Shown here in pieces: positions 17,294 to 25,111 of a stretch of 32,000 bases of DNA. The DNA is from an uncultured archaeon (lineage in GTDB: Archaea; Iainarchaeota; Iainarchaeia; Iainarchaeales; 0-14-0-20-30-16). The stretch is taken from contig CAZQQS010000002.1 of NCBI GenBank assembly GCA_964595665.1, forward strand, positions 1-32,000, in the 5' to 3' direction. A program made the position numbers and the translations under genes. Under the pieces are notes generated by a model that saw nothing but the letters and a program-made list of their open reading frames with translations, searched no databases and was not told the origin of the DNA. Each line of letters starts with the position of its first letter. Position 1 is the stretch's first letter.

Positions 17294-17630
17294 AAAAGGT
17301 ATTTTATTTATTATAGAAATGCTTTTAGTATTATTATTAATTTTAGCCGTACTATTAGGTTTAACTAAAATAAACTTAACTAATAATTATGACCAATATT
17401 ATAATTTTTTAAAAATAAATGATATTTATACAATCATCTTAGGAAAAAATATTTATGATGCAGATGAAATAAAACAATTAATAGAATTTTATATGCCTTA
17501 TTCAGAATATGAAGTTATAAGTAATAAATTAATATCAAATAATATTACAAAAAACAATTGTTTAATAAAAAATATTGAGATTTATCATGAAGGAAATAAA
17601 AAAGCTATTCTAATTAAGATTTGTTATTAG
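17250..17630 (+). CDS. Type IV pilin-like protein 4 (class III signal peptide)
   Basis: The N-terminus is MKIKFLKSYSHFANKKG/ILFIIEMLLVLLLILAVLLGL, with Glu at +6. A C-terminal Cys pair is NNCLIK...KICY. There is no alternative in-frame start before the hydrophobic core. Confidence 0.65.
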   Translation: MKIKFLKSYSHFANKKGILFIIEMLLVLLLILAVLLGLTKINLTNNYDQYYNFLKINDIYTIILGKNIYDADEIKQLIEFYMPYSEYEVISNKLISNNITKNNCLIKNIEIYHEGNKKAILIKICY

Positions 17631-18042
17631 AAATATACCACAAAATTAATATTAAAAATGACATTAATATCCAACCTAAAAAATGAACTAAGTTAAAATG
17701 ATTTGGAGATATAAAAAATATTAATAATCGTAAAATATTTGCCAAATATAATATTGCCGAACCAAAAATACTGTAAATTAATTTCTGTTTCTTGTTTAAA
17801 TTAGTTAAGGGGCTTAACATAATTGCTAAAAATACAAATATAGAAAAAAAACCAGAACATTCATAATCTATAAGCATATTTGTTGAATTTAAAACAACAA
17901 AACCATTAGAATCAACTAGATTTAAAGCATGAAAAAACTTAATAACTGGGTATTCTAATGGCAAAAAGCTTAATGTATAAAACAAGATTAATGCCAAAAC
18001 AACATAAATTATGAAGAAAAGTACCTTTTTCTGAGAATCCAT
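17614..18042 (-). CDS. Minimal archaeosortase/exosortase-family protein
   Basis: It is a 142-aa polytopic membrane protein with the family's Cys/Arg/His triad in the expected order and context: IDYECSGFFSIFVFLAI (C62), LANILRLLIFF (R105), NLVHFLGWILMSF (H120). Confidence 0.7.
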   Translation of the reverse strand: MDSQKKVLFFIIYVVLALILFYTLSFLPLEYPVIKFFHALNLVDSNGFVVLNSTNMLIDYECSGFFSIFVFLAIMLSPLTNLNKKQKLIYSIFGSAILYLANILRLLIFFISPNHFNLVHFLGWILMSFLILILWYISNNKS

Positions 18043-18113
18043 AATATAAGAAGTAAGTCAATTTATAAAAGTTTACCTATTAATATTTATATTCTTTGTT
18101 ACAAAGTGATATT

Positions 18114-19313
18114 ATGGACATAAAAGAGCTGTTTAGAAAAGAAATAAACAAAAAGAGTGTTTTTAAAAATAAAGAACTAATTTCTCCGCATTATGTTCCA
18201 GATACTTTGCCATTTAGAGAATTACAAATTCAAGATATTATTACTAATTTTGCACCAGTTTTACAAAATAATAGACCAACAAATCTATTTATTTATGGGA
18301 AAAGTGGAACAGGAAAAACTGCAACAATAAACAAAGTATTAGAAAAAATGTTAGAAATTCAAAAAGAAAGTAATTTAGAACAAAAAATATTAACTACTTA
18401 TATGAATTGTCGAACTTACAATTCAAAATATAAAATACTATTAAAAATTGCAGATAACTTATTCCCTAAAAGTTATTTTGGATATAGTGCAAGTTATATT
18501 TATGATATGATATTAAAAGAATTACAAGAAAAAGGAATATATATTATTTTAGTATTAGATGAAATTGATTTAATTAAAGATGTAAACGATGCAATTTATT
18601 CTTTAGTTAGAATTAATGATGAATTAAAACAAGGAAGCATTACAATTGCAGGCGTATCTAATAATGTATTATTTAAAGATTCTTTAGATTCAAGAACTAA
18701 AAGTGGATTATGTAAAAAAGAATTATTATTTCCACCATACAATGCAAGAGAATTGCAAGAAATATTAAAACAAAGAATACCAATAAGTTTTGTAGAAAAT
18801 GTAGTGGATGATGGTGCAATTGCTTTAGCTTCAGCTTATGCTGCACAAGAATCTGGAGATGCACGAACTGCATTATTATTATTAGAAAGTGCGGGTGAAT
18901 TAGCAGATAAAGAAGAAACATATTTAATTACTGAAAATGAAATTAAAGGCGCAAAAAAACAAGTAGAAGAAGAAATAATTATTGAAATGTTATCTACTTT
19001 GCCAGAACAAATTAAAGTTGTGTTATATTCAATTGCAACAATGGTAAAAAACAAAAGATTCTCCACACACTTATTAAACGATGGACACGTAATTTATTCT
19101 GGAGATGCATATTTAGAATATGTGAAACAAATAAAACAATTATCTAAAATGCCAGTGTCTATGAAATGGTTTAAACAGTATTTAGAAGAATTAAACACCT
19201 ATGGATTCTTAACAATTACTACTTCTGGAAAAGGAGTTAGAGGTTCTACCACTTTAATAAAAATGGTTATAGATTCAAATACAGTATTAAAAGTTTTAGA
19301 AACTAATTTATAA
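18114..19313 (+). CDS. cdc6: Orc1/Cdc6 replication initiator
   Basis: Present are the N-terminal VPDTLPFRELQI, Walker A YGKSGTGKTAT, Walker B LVLDEIDL, sensor GDARTALLLLE and a C-terminal winged-helix region. ATG at 18114 follows AGTGAT; the track start at 18096 is a TTG. Confidence 0.92.
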   Translation: MDIKELFRKEINKKSVFKNKELISPHYVPDTLPFRELQIQDIITNFAPVLQNNRPTNLFIYGKSGTGKTATINKVLEKMLEIQKESNLEQKILTTYMNCRTYNSKYKILLKIADNLFPKSYFGYSASYIYDMILKELQEKGIYIILVLDEIDLIKDVNDAIYSLVRINDELKQGSITIAGVSNNVLFKDSLDSRTKSGLCKKELLFPPYNARELQEILKQRIPISFVENVVDDGAIALASAYAAQESGDARTALLLLESAGELADKEETYLITENEIKGAKKQVEEEIIIEMLSTLPEQIKVVLYSIATMVKNKRFSTHLLNDGHVIYSGDAYLEYVKQIKQLSKMPVSMKWFKQYLEELNTYGFLTITTSGKGVRGSTTLIKMVIDSNTVLKVLETNL

Positions 19314-19332
19314 TTTTATATGAGGGATAAGT

Positions 19333-19482
19333 ATGTATGGATTATTTACAATAAAATATGGGAAATCATTTTTAGTTCAACAATTTAGAATTGAAGACGA
19401 AGCAAAGAAAAAATATGTTGAGTTAGAATCTATAAAATCATCAGAAAAAGAAAAACAAGAATATTTCATTAGAAAAATATAA
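19333..19482 (+). CDS. Small hypothetical protein (49 aa), not in the ORF track
   Basis: Hand translation gives MYGLFTIKYGKSFLVQQFRIEDEAKKKYVELESIKSSEKEKQEYFIRKI*. ATG is preceded by GAGGG with a 6-nt spacer, 20 nt after the orc1/cdc6 stop. Confidence 0.4.
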   Translation: MYGLFTIKYGKSFLVQQFRIEDEAKKKYVELESIKSSEKEKQEYFIRKI

Positions 19483-19504
19483 TTATAAAAAATAAGAAAA
19501 ATGA

Positions 19505-20074
19505 TTATTTATTCTTCAAAAAAAGAATAAATTCATTAATTCTTTTTTCTTTTGTTTCTGGAAGTTTAGCTTTTAAAATAGCTCTAAAATACATTTTCTT
19601 TATTGATGGTGCAAGTTTTTCAAATTTTAATTTTAATTTTTCATTTATTTTTTTGTTTAATTCCTTTTTTAATTCTTCTGGCATATCTGGATTTTTTGGA
19701 ATCCCAAAATCATGAGTTTGTTTTCTTAATCCTTCTTTATAAAAACGTAATCCTTGTTCGCGCATTCTATTTTCTAAAATTAATTTTTTACCATAAGAAA
19801 TTGTATTATTACTCCATTTACTATTTTTAGTTCGTTTTGAATAAATTATTTTATATCTATCTTCATCAATTCTATGTACAGTAGTATCAATCCACCCAAA
19901 ACAAATTGCTTCGTGCATTAATTCCATTAAATTTGGTAAAGATTTACCAGTATGTTTTTTATATTTTATTACTGCAACTTTGTTTTCAATTATATGATTT
20001 TTTTTTAACCAGTTTGTAAAATCAGAGATCTTAAATACAACTATTTCTGGTATTTTAAGATTATTTTTTTGCAT
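19505..20074 (-). CDS. YdeI/OmpD-associated family protein (DUF1801-related)
   Basis: The central EAICFGWIDTTVHRIDEDRYKIIYSKRTKNSKWS and the C-terminal SIKKMYFRAILKAKLPETKEKRINEFILFL match the YdeI/OmdA pattern. I prefer the start at 20074 (MQKNNLKIPE), which overlaps the upstream gene by 14 nt. Confidence 0.6.
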   Translation of the reverse strand: MQKNNLKIPEIVVFKISDFTNWLKKNHIIENKVAVIKYKKHTGKSLPNLMELMHEAICFGWIDTTVHRIDEDRYKIIYSKRTKNSKWSNNTISYGKKLILENRMREQGLRFYKEGLRKQTHDFGIPKNPDMPEELKKELNKKINEKLKLKFEKLAPSIKKMYFRAILKAKLPETKEKRINEFILFLKNK

Positions 20075-20606
20075 TGATTTCACTTTTTCTTTTTTGATTT
20101 TTTTCTTGATTTGTTTTTTTATTATCATTTTCCTTTGATAATTCTTTTGATAAATCAGATTGTATTTTATAATACAATTGTTCATTAATTAAATTCTTAA
20201 AATATTGTTTTTGCAAAAACTCCAATTGTTTCTTTAATTTATCAAAATACAATAATTCTTTACCAATATTTTGCAAATCAAAATCTAGATAAAATAATCT
20301 TTCATCTAATTCTTTAACTTCTGAAACAAATTGATTCTCAGTTATTTTTCTTTTCAAATATTGTTTTTGCAAATTATTTTTTTGTTCTAAAACGGATTCT
20401 TTTTGTTTATATAAACTTAAAGATTGTTTTAAAGTATTAGATTCACTTTTAGAAAACAATAAATACCCAAAGAATAACACTAAAATAATGCTTATTAAAA
20501 ATATCAATATAAAATACCACACAGGGAAAATAATTAGTAAAATTGCAAATATTATGCTCAAAAATAAAGCAAATATGAAAAAAATCCCTTTTAGTTTATT
20601 GTCCAT
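20061..20606 (-). CDS. Hypothetical membrane protein (2 TM plus a cytoplasmic coiled coil)
   Basis: From the ATG at 20606 it reads MDNKLKGIFFIFALFLSIIFAILLIIFPVWYFILIFLISIILVLFFGYLLF, followed by a long heptad-like charged region. Confidence 0.5.
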   Translation of the reverse strand: MDNKLKGIFFIFALFLSIIFAILLIIFPVWYFILIFLISIILVLFFGYLLFSKSESNTLKQSLSLYKQKESVLEQKNNLQKQYLKRKITENQFVSEVKELDERLFYLDFDLQNIGKELLYFDKLKKQLEFLQKQYFKNLINEQLYYKIQSDLSKELSKENDNKKTNQEKNQKRKSEINAKK

Positions 20607-20707
20607 AAATTTTATATTTAAGATATATTTATATATATATAGCAGGAAATATATATTATACAAAAATACTTATTTTAATGTATAATATTTGATTTAGAGG
20701 GATATTT

Positions 20708-21463
20708 ATGGGATTAAGACCAGGAAGATGTTGTAGAAATATAGAGCGATCTTTTACTAGAATTGCTCCAAAAGTTCAAAGAAAGAACTTTTTAGGAGGA
20801 GTTCCAGGAGTAAGAACAAGAGACTTCGCAATTGGAAACCAAACTAAAGATTATAATAGTGTTTTAGACGTTATAGCTAAAGAAAGTATCCAAATAAGAG
20901 ATAACGCTTTAGAAGCATTAAGACAAAAATTGGTTAAGAAATTAACTGCAGAAGTTGGAAAAGAAGAATATTTTATAAAAATAAGATTATATCCTCACCA
21001 CATATTAAGAGAGCACAAATCTGCTTCTGGTGCTGGTGCCGATAGAGTATCAAAGGGTATGAAATTAGCTTATGGTAAAAATACTGGAAGAGCTGTTCAA
21101 ATTAGAAAAGGACAAACTTTATTATCTATTGTAGTAGATGCGAGTAATATTGCAAAAGTAAAGAAAATTATAGATACTATAAGATACAAAGTAAATATGG
21201 CTTTTGAAGTAAAACAAGGAATACACGAAAACAAAAAATTAACTGGTAGAAAGAAGTGGACTAGAGAAGCAAAATTACAAAAGTTACAAGAGCCAGTTAA
21301 AGAAGAAGCTAAAGATGCTAAAGGTAAAGCTCCTGCTAAAGGTGGAAAGGCAGCACCTGCTGCTAAAGCAGATGCTAAAGCTGCTCCAGCTGCTAAAGGT
21401 GGAAAGGCAGCACCTGCTGCTAAGGCAGATGCTAAAGCACCAGCTAAGAAAGGTAAGAAGTGA
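20708..21463 (+). CDS. rpl10e: Ribosomal protein L10e (uL16) with a ~85-aa Lys/Ala/Pro-rich C-terminal extension
   Basis: The N-terminus MGLRPGRCCRNIERSFTRIAPKVQRKNFLGGVPG and the segment LYPHHILREHK...GAGADRVSKGM are classic L10e. GAGGG precedes the ATG. The tail is KGGKAAPAAKADAKAAPAAKGGKAAPAAKADAKAPAKKGKK. Confidence 0.92.
   Translation: MGLRPGRCCRNIERSFTRIAPKVQRKNFLGGVPGVRTRDFAIGNQTKDYNSVLDVIAKESIQIRDNALEALRQKLVKKLTAEVGKEEYFIKIRLYPHHILREHKSASGAGADRVSKGMKLAYGKNTGRAVQIRKGQTLLSIVVDASNIAKVKKIIDTIRYKVNMAFEVKQGIHENKKLTGRKKWTREAKLQKLQEPVKEEAKDAKGKAPAKGGKAAPAAKADAKAAPAAKGGKAAPAAKADAKAPAKKGKK
21335..21445 (+). repeat. Near-perfect tandem duplication (57-bp unit, about 2 copies) inside the L10e tail
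   Basis: GCTAAAGGTGGAAAGGCAGCACCTGCTGCTAAAGCAGATGCTAAAGC... recurs at 21335 and 21392 (19-codon period). It differs by one A/G change and a short indel near the end of the unit. Local GC is far above the window background. Confidence 0.85.
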
Positions 21464-21500
21464 ATTCACTTCTTTCTTTATCTCTTTTTTTTATTTTTTT
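21455..21500 (+). terminator. Hairpin plus T-tract terminator candidate after rpl10e
   Basis: A perfect 20-nt palindrome AAGAAGTGAATTCACTTCTT (21455-21474) spans the stop codon. It is followed by TCTTTATCTCTTTTTTTTATTTTTTTATTT. Confidence 0.45.
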
Positions 21501-21564
21501 ATTTATTGAAATATTTTAACTATTTATTTATAAATCCTAAAGACATTATTTATAAGGGGATATA

Positions 21565-21840
21565 TTGAAAAAAAGCCTTTTAATTTTATTATTAAGTTAT
21601 TTTGTAAGTGTAAATGCGATAATTGGAAGTATAGAATATAATAATGTAAAATCTTATTTGAAAAGTGTAAATGCTTTAAAAAATAATCCAGAATATATAT
21701 CTACAATTAGAATTAGTTTAACCAAATTAAAACAAAAATTTTCTTTAAGCAAAATAGAAGAAGAAACATTATTAAAAATTAGAATGAAAAGAAGGGTTTA
21801 TTCTTCTTTATCTTTTCTTTTACTTGTTCTTACAATATAA
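21565..21840 (+). CDS. Possible small secreted or membrane-tethered protein (TTG start)
   Basis: AAGGGGA lies 4 nt upstream of TTG. The N-terminus MKKSLLILLLSYFVSVNAIIG is a good signal peptide, and the C-terminus ends in a hydrophobic tail SLSFLLLVLTI. The last 43 nt overlap the convergent 65-aa gene, so it is uncertain. Confidence 0.35.
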   Translation: MKKSLLILLLSYFVSVNAIIGSIEYNNVKSYLKSVNALKNNPEYISTIRISLTKLKQKFSLSKIEEETLLKIRMKRRVYSSLSFLLLVLTI

Positions 21841-21995
21841 CCTGATAATCTATTTCTAGTTTTTTTAGAAATAGGCAATTTCATATCATTAATTGTTTTT
21901 TTATTTTTATCAAAATCTTTACCAAACTTTTCTTCACCAAATTCCATCATGAATCCAGCTTTTGTTTTTAATGGCTTTGCTAATGAATTACCCAT
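21798..21995 (-). CDS. Small basic hypothetical protein, translationally coupled downstream of rpoK
   Basis: ATG lies 4 nt after the rpoK stop, with GGAAGTGA just upstream. The 65-aa product is Lys-rich, and I recognise no motif. Confidence 0.5.
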   Translation of the reverse strand: MGNSLAKPLKTKAGFMMEFGEEKFGKDFDKNKKTINDMKLPISKKTRNRLSGYIVRTSKRKDKEE

Positions 21996-21999
21996 AATA

Positions 22000-22167
22000 T
22001 CACTTCCTTATTACTTTTAATGGAGTTCTATTCTCTTTAAACTCTTCTTGTGTTAAATCTAAAGTATTTTCTTTAGAAGTTTTAACATATGCAGTTGCAC
22101 CATCATTTATTTGTAATGCCCTTGCAGACAATATTCTAGTCTTTTCAAATTTAGTTAATTTAATCAT
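22000..22167 (-). CDS. rpoK: DNA-directed RNA polymerase subunit K (Rpo6/RpoK), not in the ORF track
   Basis: Hand translation gives MIKLTKFEKTRILSARALQINDGATAYVKTSKENTLDLTQEEFKENRTPLKVIRK*. This matches the RpoK/Rpb6 core (LT.FE.ARI.S.RALQI..GA ... A..E...g..P..i.R). AGGTG lies 5 nt upstream of the ATG. Confidence 0.85.
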   Translation of the reverse strand: MIKLTKFEKTRILSARALQINDGATAYVKTSKENTLDLTQEEFKENRTPLKVIRK

Positions 22168-22230
22168 AATCACACCTAGATTAATATAATTAGTATATAT
22201 TATTTACATAGAGAGGTTTAAAAATATAAC

Positions 22231-23193
22231 CTATTTCTCAATTACGTTTTCTAATTTATCTTCTAACACATCTCCATACTTATCCAAGAACTTTTCTAAT
22301 TTAGTTTTCTCAGCACCTTTAGGAGCTACTTTTCCAGCCAAAATCTCAGCTAATCGAGAAAATTCCATAGGAAAGATAATTTTTGTAGAAGCGCCTTTAG
22401 ACATCTCTTCCAAAGCTTTTATGTAGTAATAACTTATAGACTTATCCCCTAATTGAGATGCAGATTCATTTATTGCAGAAATCTTTGCTTTCTCAGCTTC
22501 AGCGATTTGAACTATAGCCAATCTTTCTTGTTCAGCAGCTTTTTGTTTATGCATGGCATCAATTACAATATCTGGAACAATAATCTCCTTTAATTCAACA
22601 CTATCTACATTAATTCCCCATTCAGAAGTTATTTTTGCCAATTCTTTTAATAATCTTACATTCAAGTCATTAATATTACTTATAACCTCGGATAACTCCA
22701 TGTTACCAATAACCTCTCTCACACTTGATTTAACAAATAATTGTGAAGCTTTTTTATAATCTTCAACATTTAAAACAGAATTTGCAACACTCTTTGGATC
22801 TTTTTTAACAGACAAAAATATAATTGCATCAACTTTTATTGCAACATTATCTCTAGTTATTACTTCTTGTTTTGCAACATCAATTGTTTGGACCCTTAAA
22901 TCAACTTTAGTATAATTTTCTAATCCAGGTATAATTAATGCCCAACCAGGTCCAGAAATCCTATGTATTTTACCAAATCTTAAAATTACTGCTCGTTCGT
23001 ATTCTTGTAAGAATAATACTAAACCCGATTTAAAAAAAATAGCAATTAATGTTATCAAAACAATTATGCCTAAAAATATAGTTTTAATCATTAATGGCAA
23101 AGATAAAAACATATCTAACAAAAAATAAGTTAATAACAAAACAGAAATCAAAATAAATATTAAAAAGAATTGTCTCTTTGTAGCATTATCCAT
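22231..23193 (-). CDS. SPFH/Band 7 (stomatin/prohibitin-like) membrane protein
   Basis: Two N-terminal TM segments are followed by EYERAVILRFGKIHRISGPGWALIIPGLENYTKVDLRVQTIDVAKQEVITRDNVAIKVDAIIF. A coiled-coil AAEQERLAIVQIAEAEKAKI comes next. The start is 1 nt after the lonB stop. Confidence 0.9.
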   Translation of the reverse strand: MDNATKRQFFLIFILISVLLLTYFLLDMFLSLPLMIKTIFLGIIVLITLIAIFFKSGLVLFLQEYERAVILRFGKIHRISGPGWALIIPGLENYTKVDLRVQTIDVAKQEVITRDNVAIKVDAIIFLSVKKDPKSVANSVLNVEDYKKASQLFVKSSVREVIGNMELSEVISNINDLNVRLLKELAKITSEWGINVDSVELKEIIVPDIVIDAMHKQKAAEQERLAIVQIAEAEKAKISAINESASQLGDKSISYYYIKALEEMSKGASTKIIFPMEFSRLAEILAGKVAPKGAEKTKLEKFLDKYGDVLEDKLENVIEK

Positions 23194-23194
23194 A

Positions 23195-25057
23195 TCATTT
23201 CCCCAACCTTAATTCTTTTTTTAGTTTTTCTAGTAAAGTCTTTTTAGTTTTTCCATTTACTAAAACCTCTTTTAATACATCGTACAAATTACTCGCAGGA
23301 ATTATTTTAATCAATTTTCTTTCTGAATCTAATAAAACAACATCATCAATATTTGCTTTTGGCAAAATAACTTTTTTAAATCCAGCTTTAATTGCAGCTC
23401 TTACTTTAGCAGTTGCACCACCAATAGGTAATACTTCCCCTTTAACACTTAAAGAACCAGTCATAGCTATTGTTTGGTCTGCAGGTATATTCATAATAGA
23501 CGAAACTACCGCACTAGTAATTGAAACAGATGCGCTATCTCCTTCTACTCCAGAATATGTTTGTAAAAATTGTATATGAACATCATAATTTGATAAATCT
23601 TTATTCGAGATTTTTTTAATTAATGCAGAAATATTTAATACTGCTTCTTTTGCAATATCCCCTAATTTTCCAGTTGCAATAATTTTACCTTCTGTTTTAG
23701 ATTGTGTTGGAGCAATTTCTGCCTCAATAGGAATTATAGTTCCAGTTTGCATATCACTTAATACAGCTAAACCATTTATCTTACCTATTTTTTTACCAGT
23801 TGTTTCAAATACCTCATAATTTTTAGTTTGTTCAATATATTTCTCAATCATTTGTTCTTCCAAAGTTCCAGATAATATTTTTGCATCTAAAACATCTTTG
23901 GCATCAACTAAATTTTTTCCTCTTTCTAAACACAAATCACCAGCAGCTCTTATTAAACCACCCAATTCTCTTAATTTTAAAGTCAATTTATTTTTTGCAG
24001 AAGCCCTTCTTCTTGCTTCAAAAATAATTACATCTACAGCTTCTTTTGTGAAATGAGGAATTTTACCATCCATTTTAATTTCTTGGGCTACAAATTGAAC
24101 TAATTTATCTCTATTTTCTTTTGTGTCTTCCATATCTTTATTCATAAAAACTTCATAACCATAACCTCTAATTCGAGATCTCAAAGCTGGGTGAACGTGT
24201 TTTAATGCCTCATAATTTCCAGCAGCAATCAAAACAAAATTACAAGGAACTGGTTTTGTTCTAACCATTGCACCAGAACTCAATTCACTTTGCCCAGTAA
24301 TAGCCATTTTCTTTTCTTGCATAGCAGTTAAAATATCTTGTTGTGAACTTGGACTTAAAGTAGCAATTTCATCTATAAATAAAACACCTTTATCTGCTTT
24401 ATGAATCATACCCGGCATAATTCGTAAATGTGCAGGAGTTCCTAATCCTCCAGATTGTAAAGGATCATGTTTTACATCCCCAAATAATGCTCCAGCTTTT
24501 GCACCAGTAGCATCAACAAAAGGAGCTGTTTTTTTACCATCATTATCAATTAATATTTTTGGCACTTTGATTTTACCTTTAACACTCATTTGAGAAGATA
24601 ATGCCAATCCTACAATAATAAATGTTCCAACTAATAAACTCGCAGCAAAAATAATATCTGAAATATAGCCTAAACGCCAAAATATTAATGCTAAAATAAA
24701 CCATCCTAAAGGAATTAAAAAAGAAATTATTTTGAATGAATCTTTAGTACTTTTTTCTTCTAATTTTATAGCTTGTACTAATTTTTTTCCATCTCCAGAA
24801 TTCGCAACATGAATTATTGGTTCATTAGAATCTAAAGGATTAGGATAAGATAAAATATCATTTAATTTATCTATAGGCATAATATCTGCCATAGCTTTAG
24901 CTAACATTGATTTTCCAGTTCCGGGTTCTCCAACTAATAAAACATTTCTTCTTTGTTTTGCAGCTTTTGCAATTATTTTTACACCTTGTTCCTGGCCTAT
25001 TACTTGATCAATTAACTTCTCTGATACTTTTATTTCTGCAGTAGTTTTATAATCCAT
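23195..25057 (-). CDS. lonB: Archaeal membrane-bound Lon protease (LonB)
   Basis: Walker [16 protein letters not shown] is present. Two TM helices are inserted in the AAA+ module ([31 protein letters not shown]), and Walker B is VLFIDEI. The protease domain has the Ser motif [17 protein letters not shown] and the Lys motif [16 protein letters not shown]. Confidence 0.93.
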   Translation of the reverse strand: MDYKTTAEIKVSEKLIDQVIGQEQGVKIIAKAAKQRRNVLLVGEPGTGKSMLAKAMADIMPIDKLNDILSYPNPLDSNEPIIHVANSGDGKKLVQAIKLEEKSTKDSFKIISFLIPLGWFILALIFWRLGYISDIIFAASLLVGTFIIVGLALSSQMSVKGKIKVPKILIDNDGKKTAPFVDATGAKAGALFGDVKHDPLQSGGLGTPAHLRIMPGMIHKADKGVLFIDEIATLSPSSQQDILTAMQEKKMAITGQSELSSGAMVRTKPVPCNFVLIAAGNYEALKHVHPALRSRIRGYGYEVFMNKDMEDTKENRDKLVQFVAQEIKMDGKIPHFTKEAVDVIIFEARRRASAKNKLTLKLRELGGLIRAAGDLCLERGKNLVDAKDVLDAKILSGTLEEQMIEKYIEQTKNYEVFETTGKKIGKINGLAVLSDMQTGTIIPIEAEIAPTQSKTEGKIIATGKLGDIAKEAVLNISALIKKISNKDLSNYDVHIQFLQTYSGVEGDSASVSITSAVVSSIMNIPADQTIAMTGSLSVKGEVLPIGGATAKVRAAIKAGFKKVILPKANIDDVVLLDSERKLIKIIPASNLYDVLKEVLVNGKTKKTLLEKLKKELRLGK

Positions 25058-25111
25058 AATATCCCATAATTAGCTATATATATTTATATATAAGTGAATA
25101 TATAAATGTTT

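Noticed and set aside
18043-19504. A possible replication origin (ORB repeats, AT-rich unwinding element) flanking orc1/cdc6.
   Set aside because: The upstream spacer is only 71 bp, and the downstream spacer is largely taken up by a small ORF. I could find no repeated ORB-like elements by eye in either. Nothing here supports calling an origin.
19507-19532. An AT-only inverted repeat (ATTTATTCTT-CAAAAA-AAGAATAAAT) between the convergent small ORF and the YdeI-like gene, considered as a bidirectional terminator.
   Set aside because: The stem is made only of A-T pairs with one G-C pair and lies within the last codons of the YdeI-like gene. It is weak, and likely to arise by chance in DNA this AT-rich.
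21284-21509. Two ORFs (21284-21469 minus, 21315-21509 plus) overlapping the L10e tail, with repetitive translations.
   Set aside because: They are alternative-frame or antisense readings of the 57-bp tandem repeat. The L10e frame is continuous with a conserved core and ends in a terminator-like structure.
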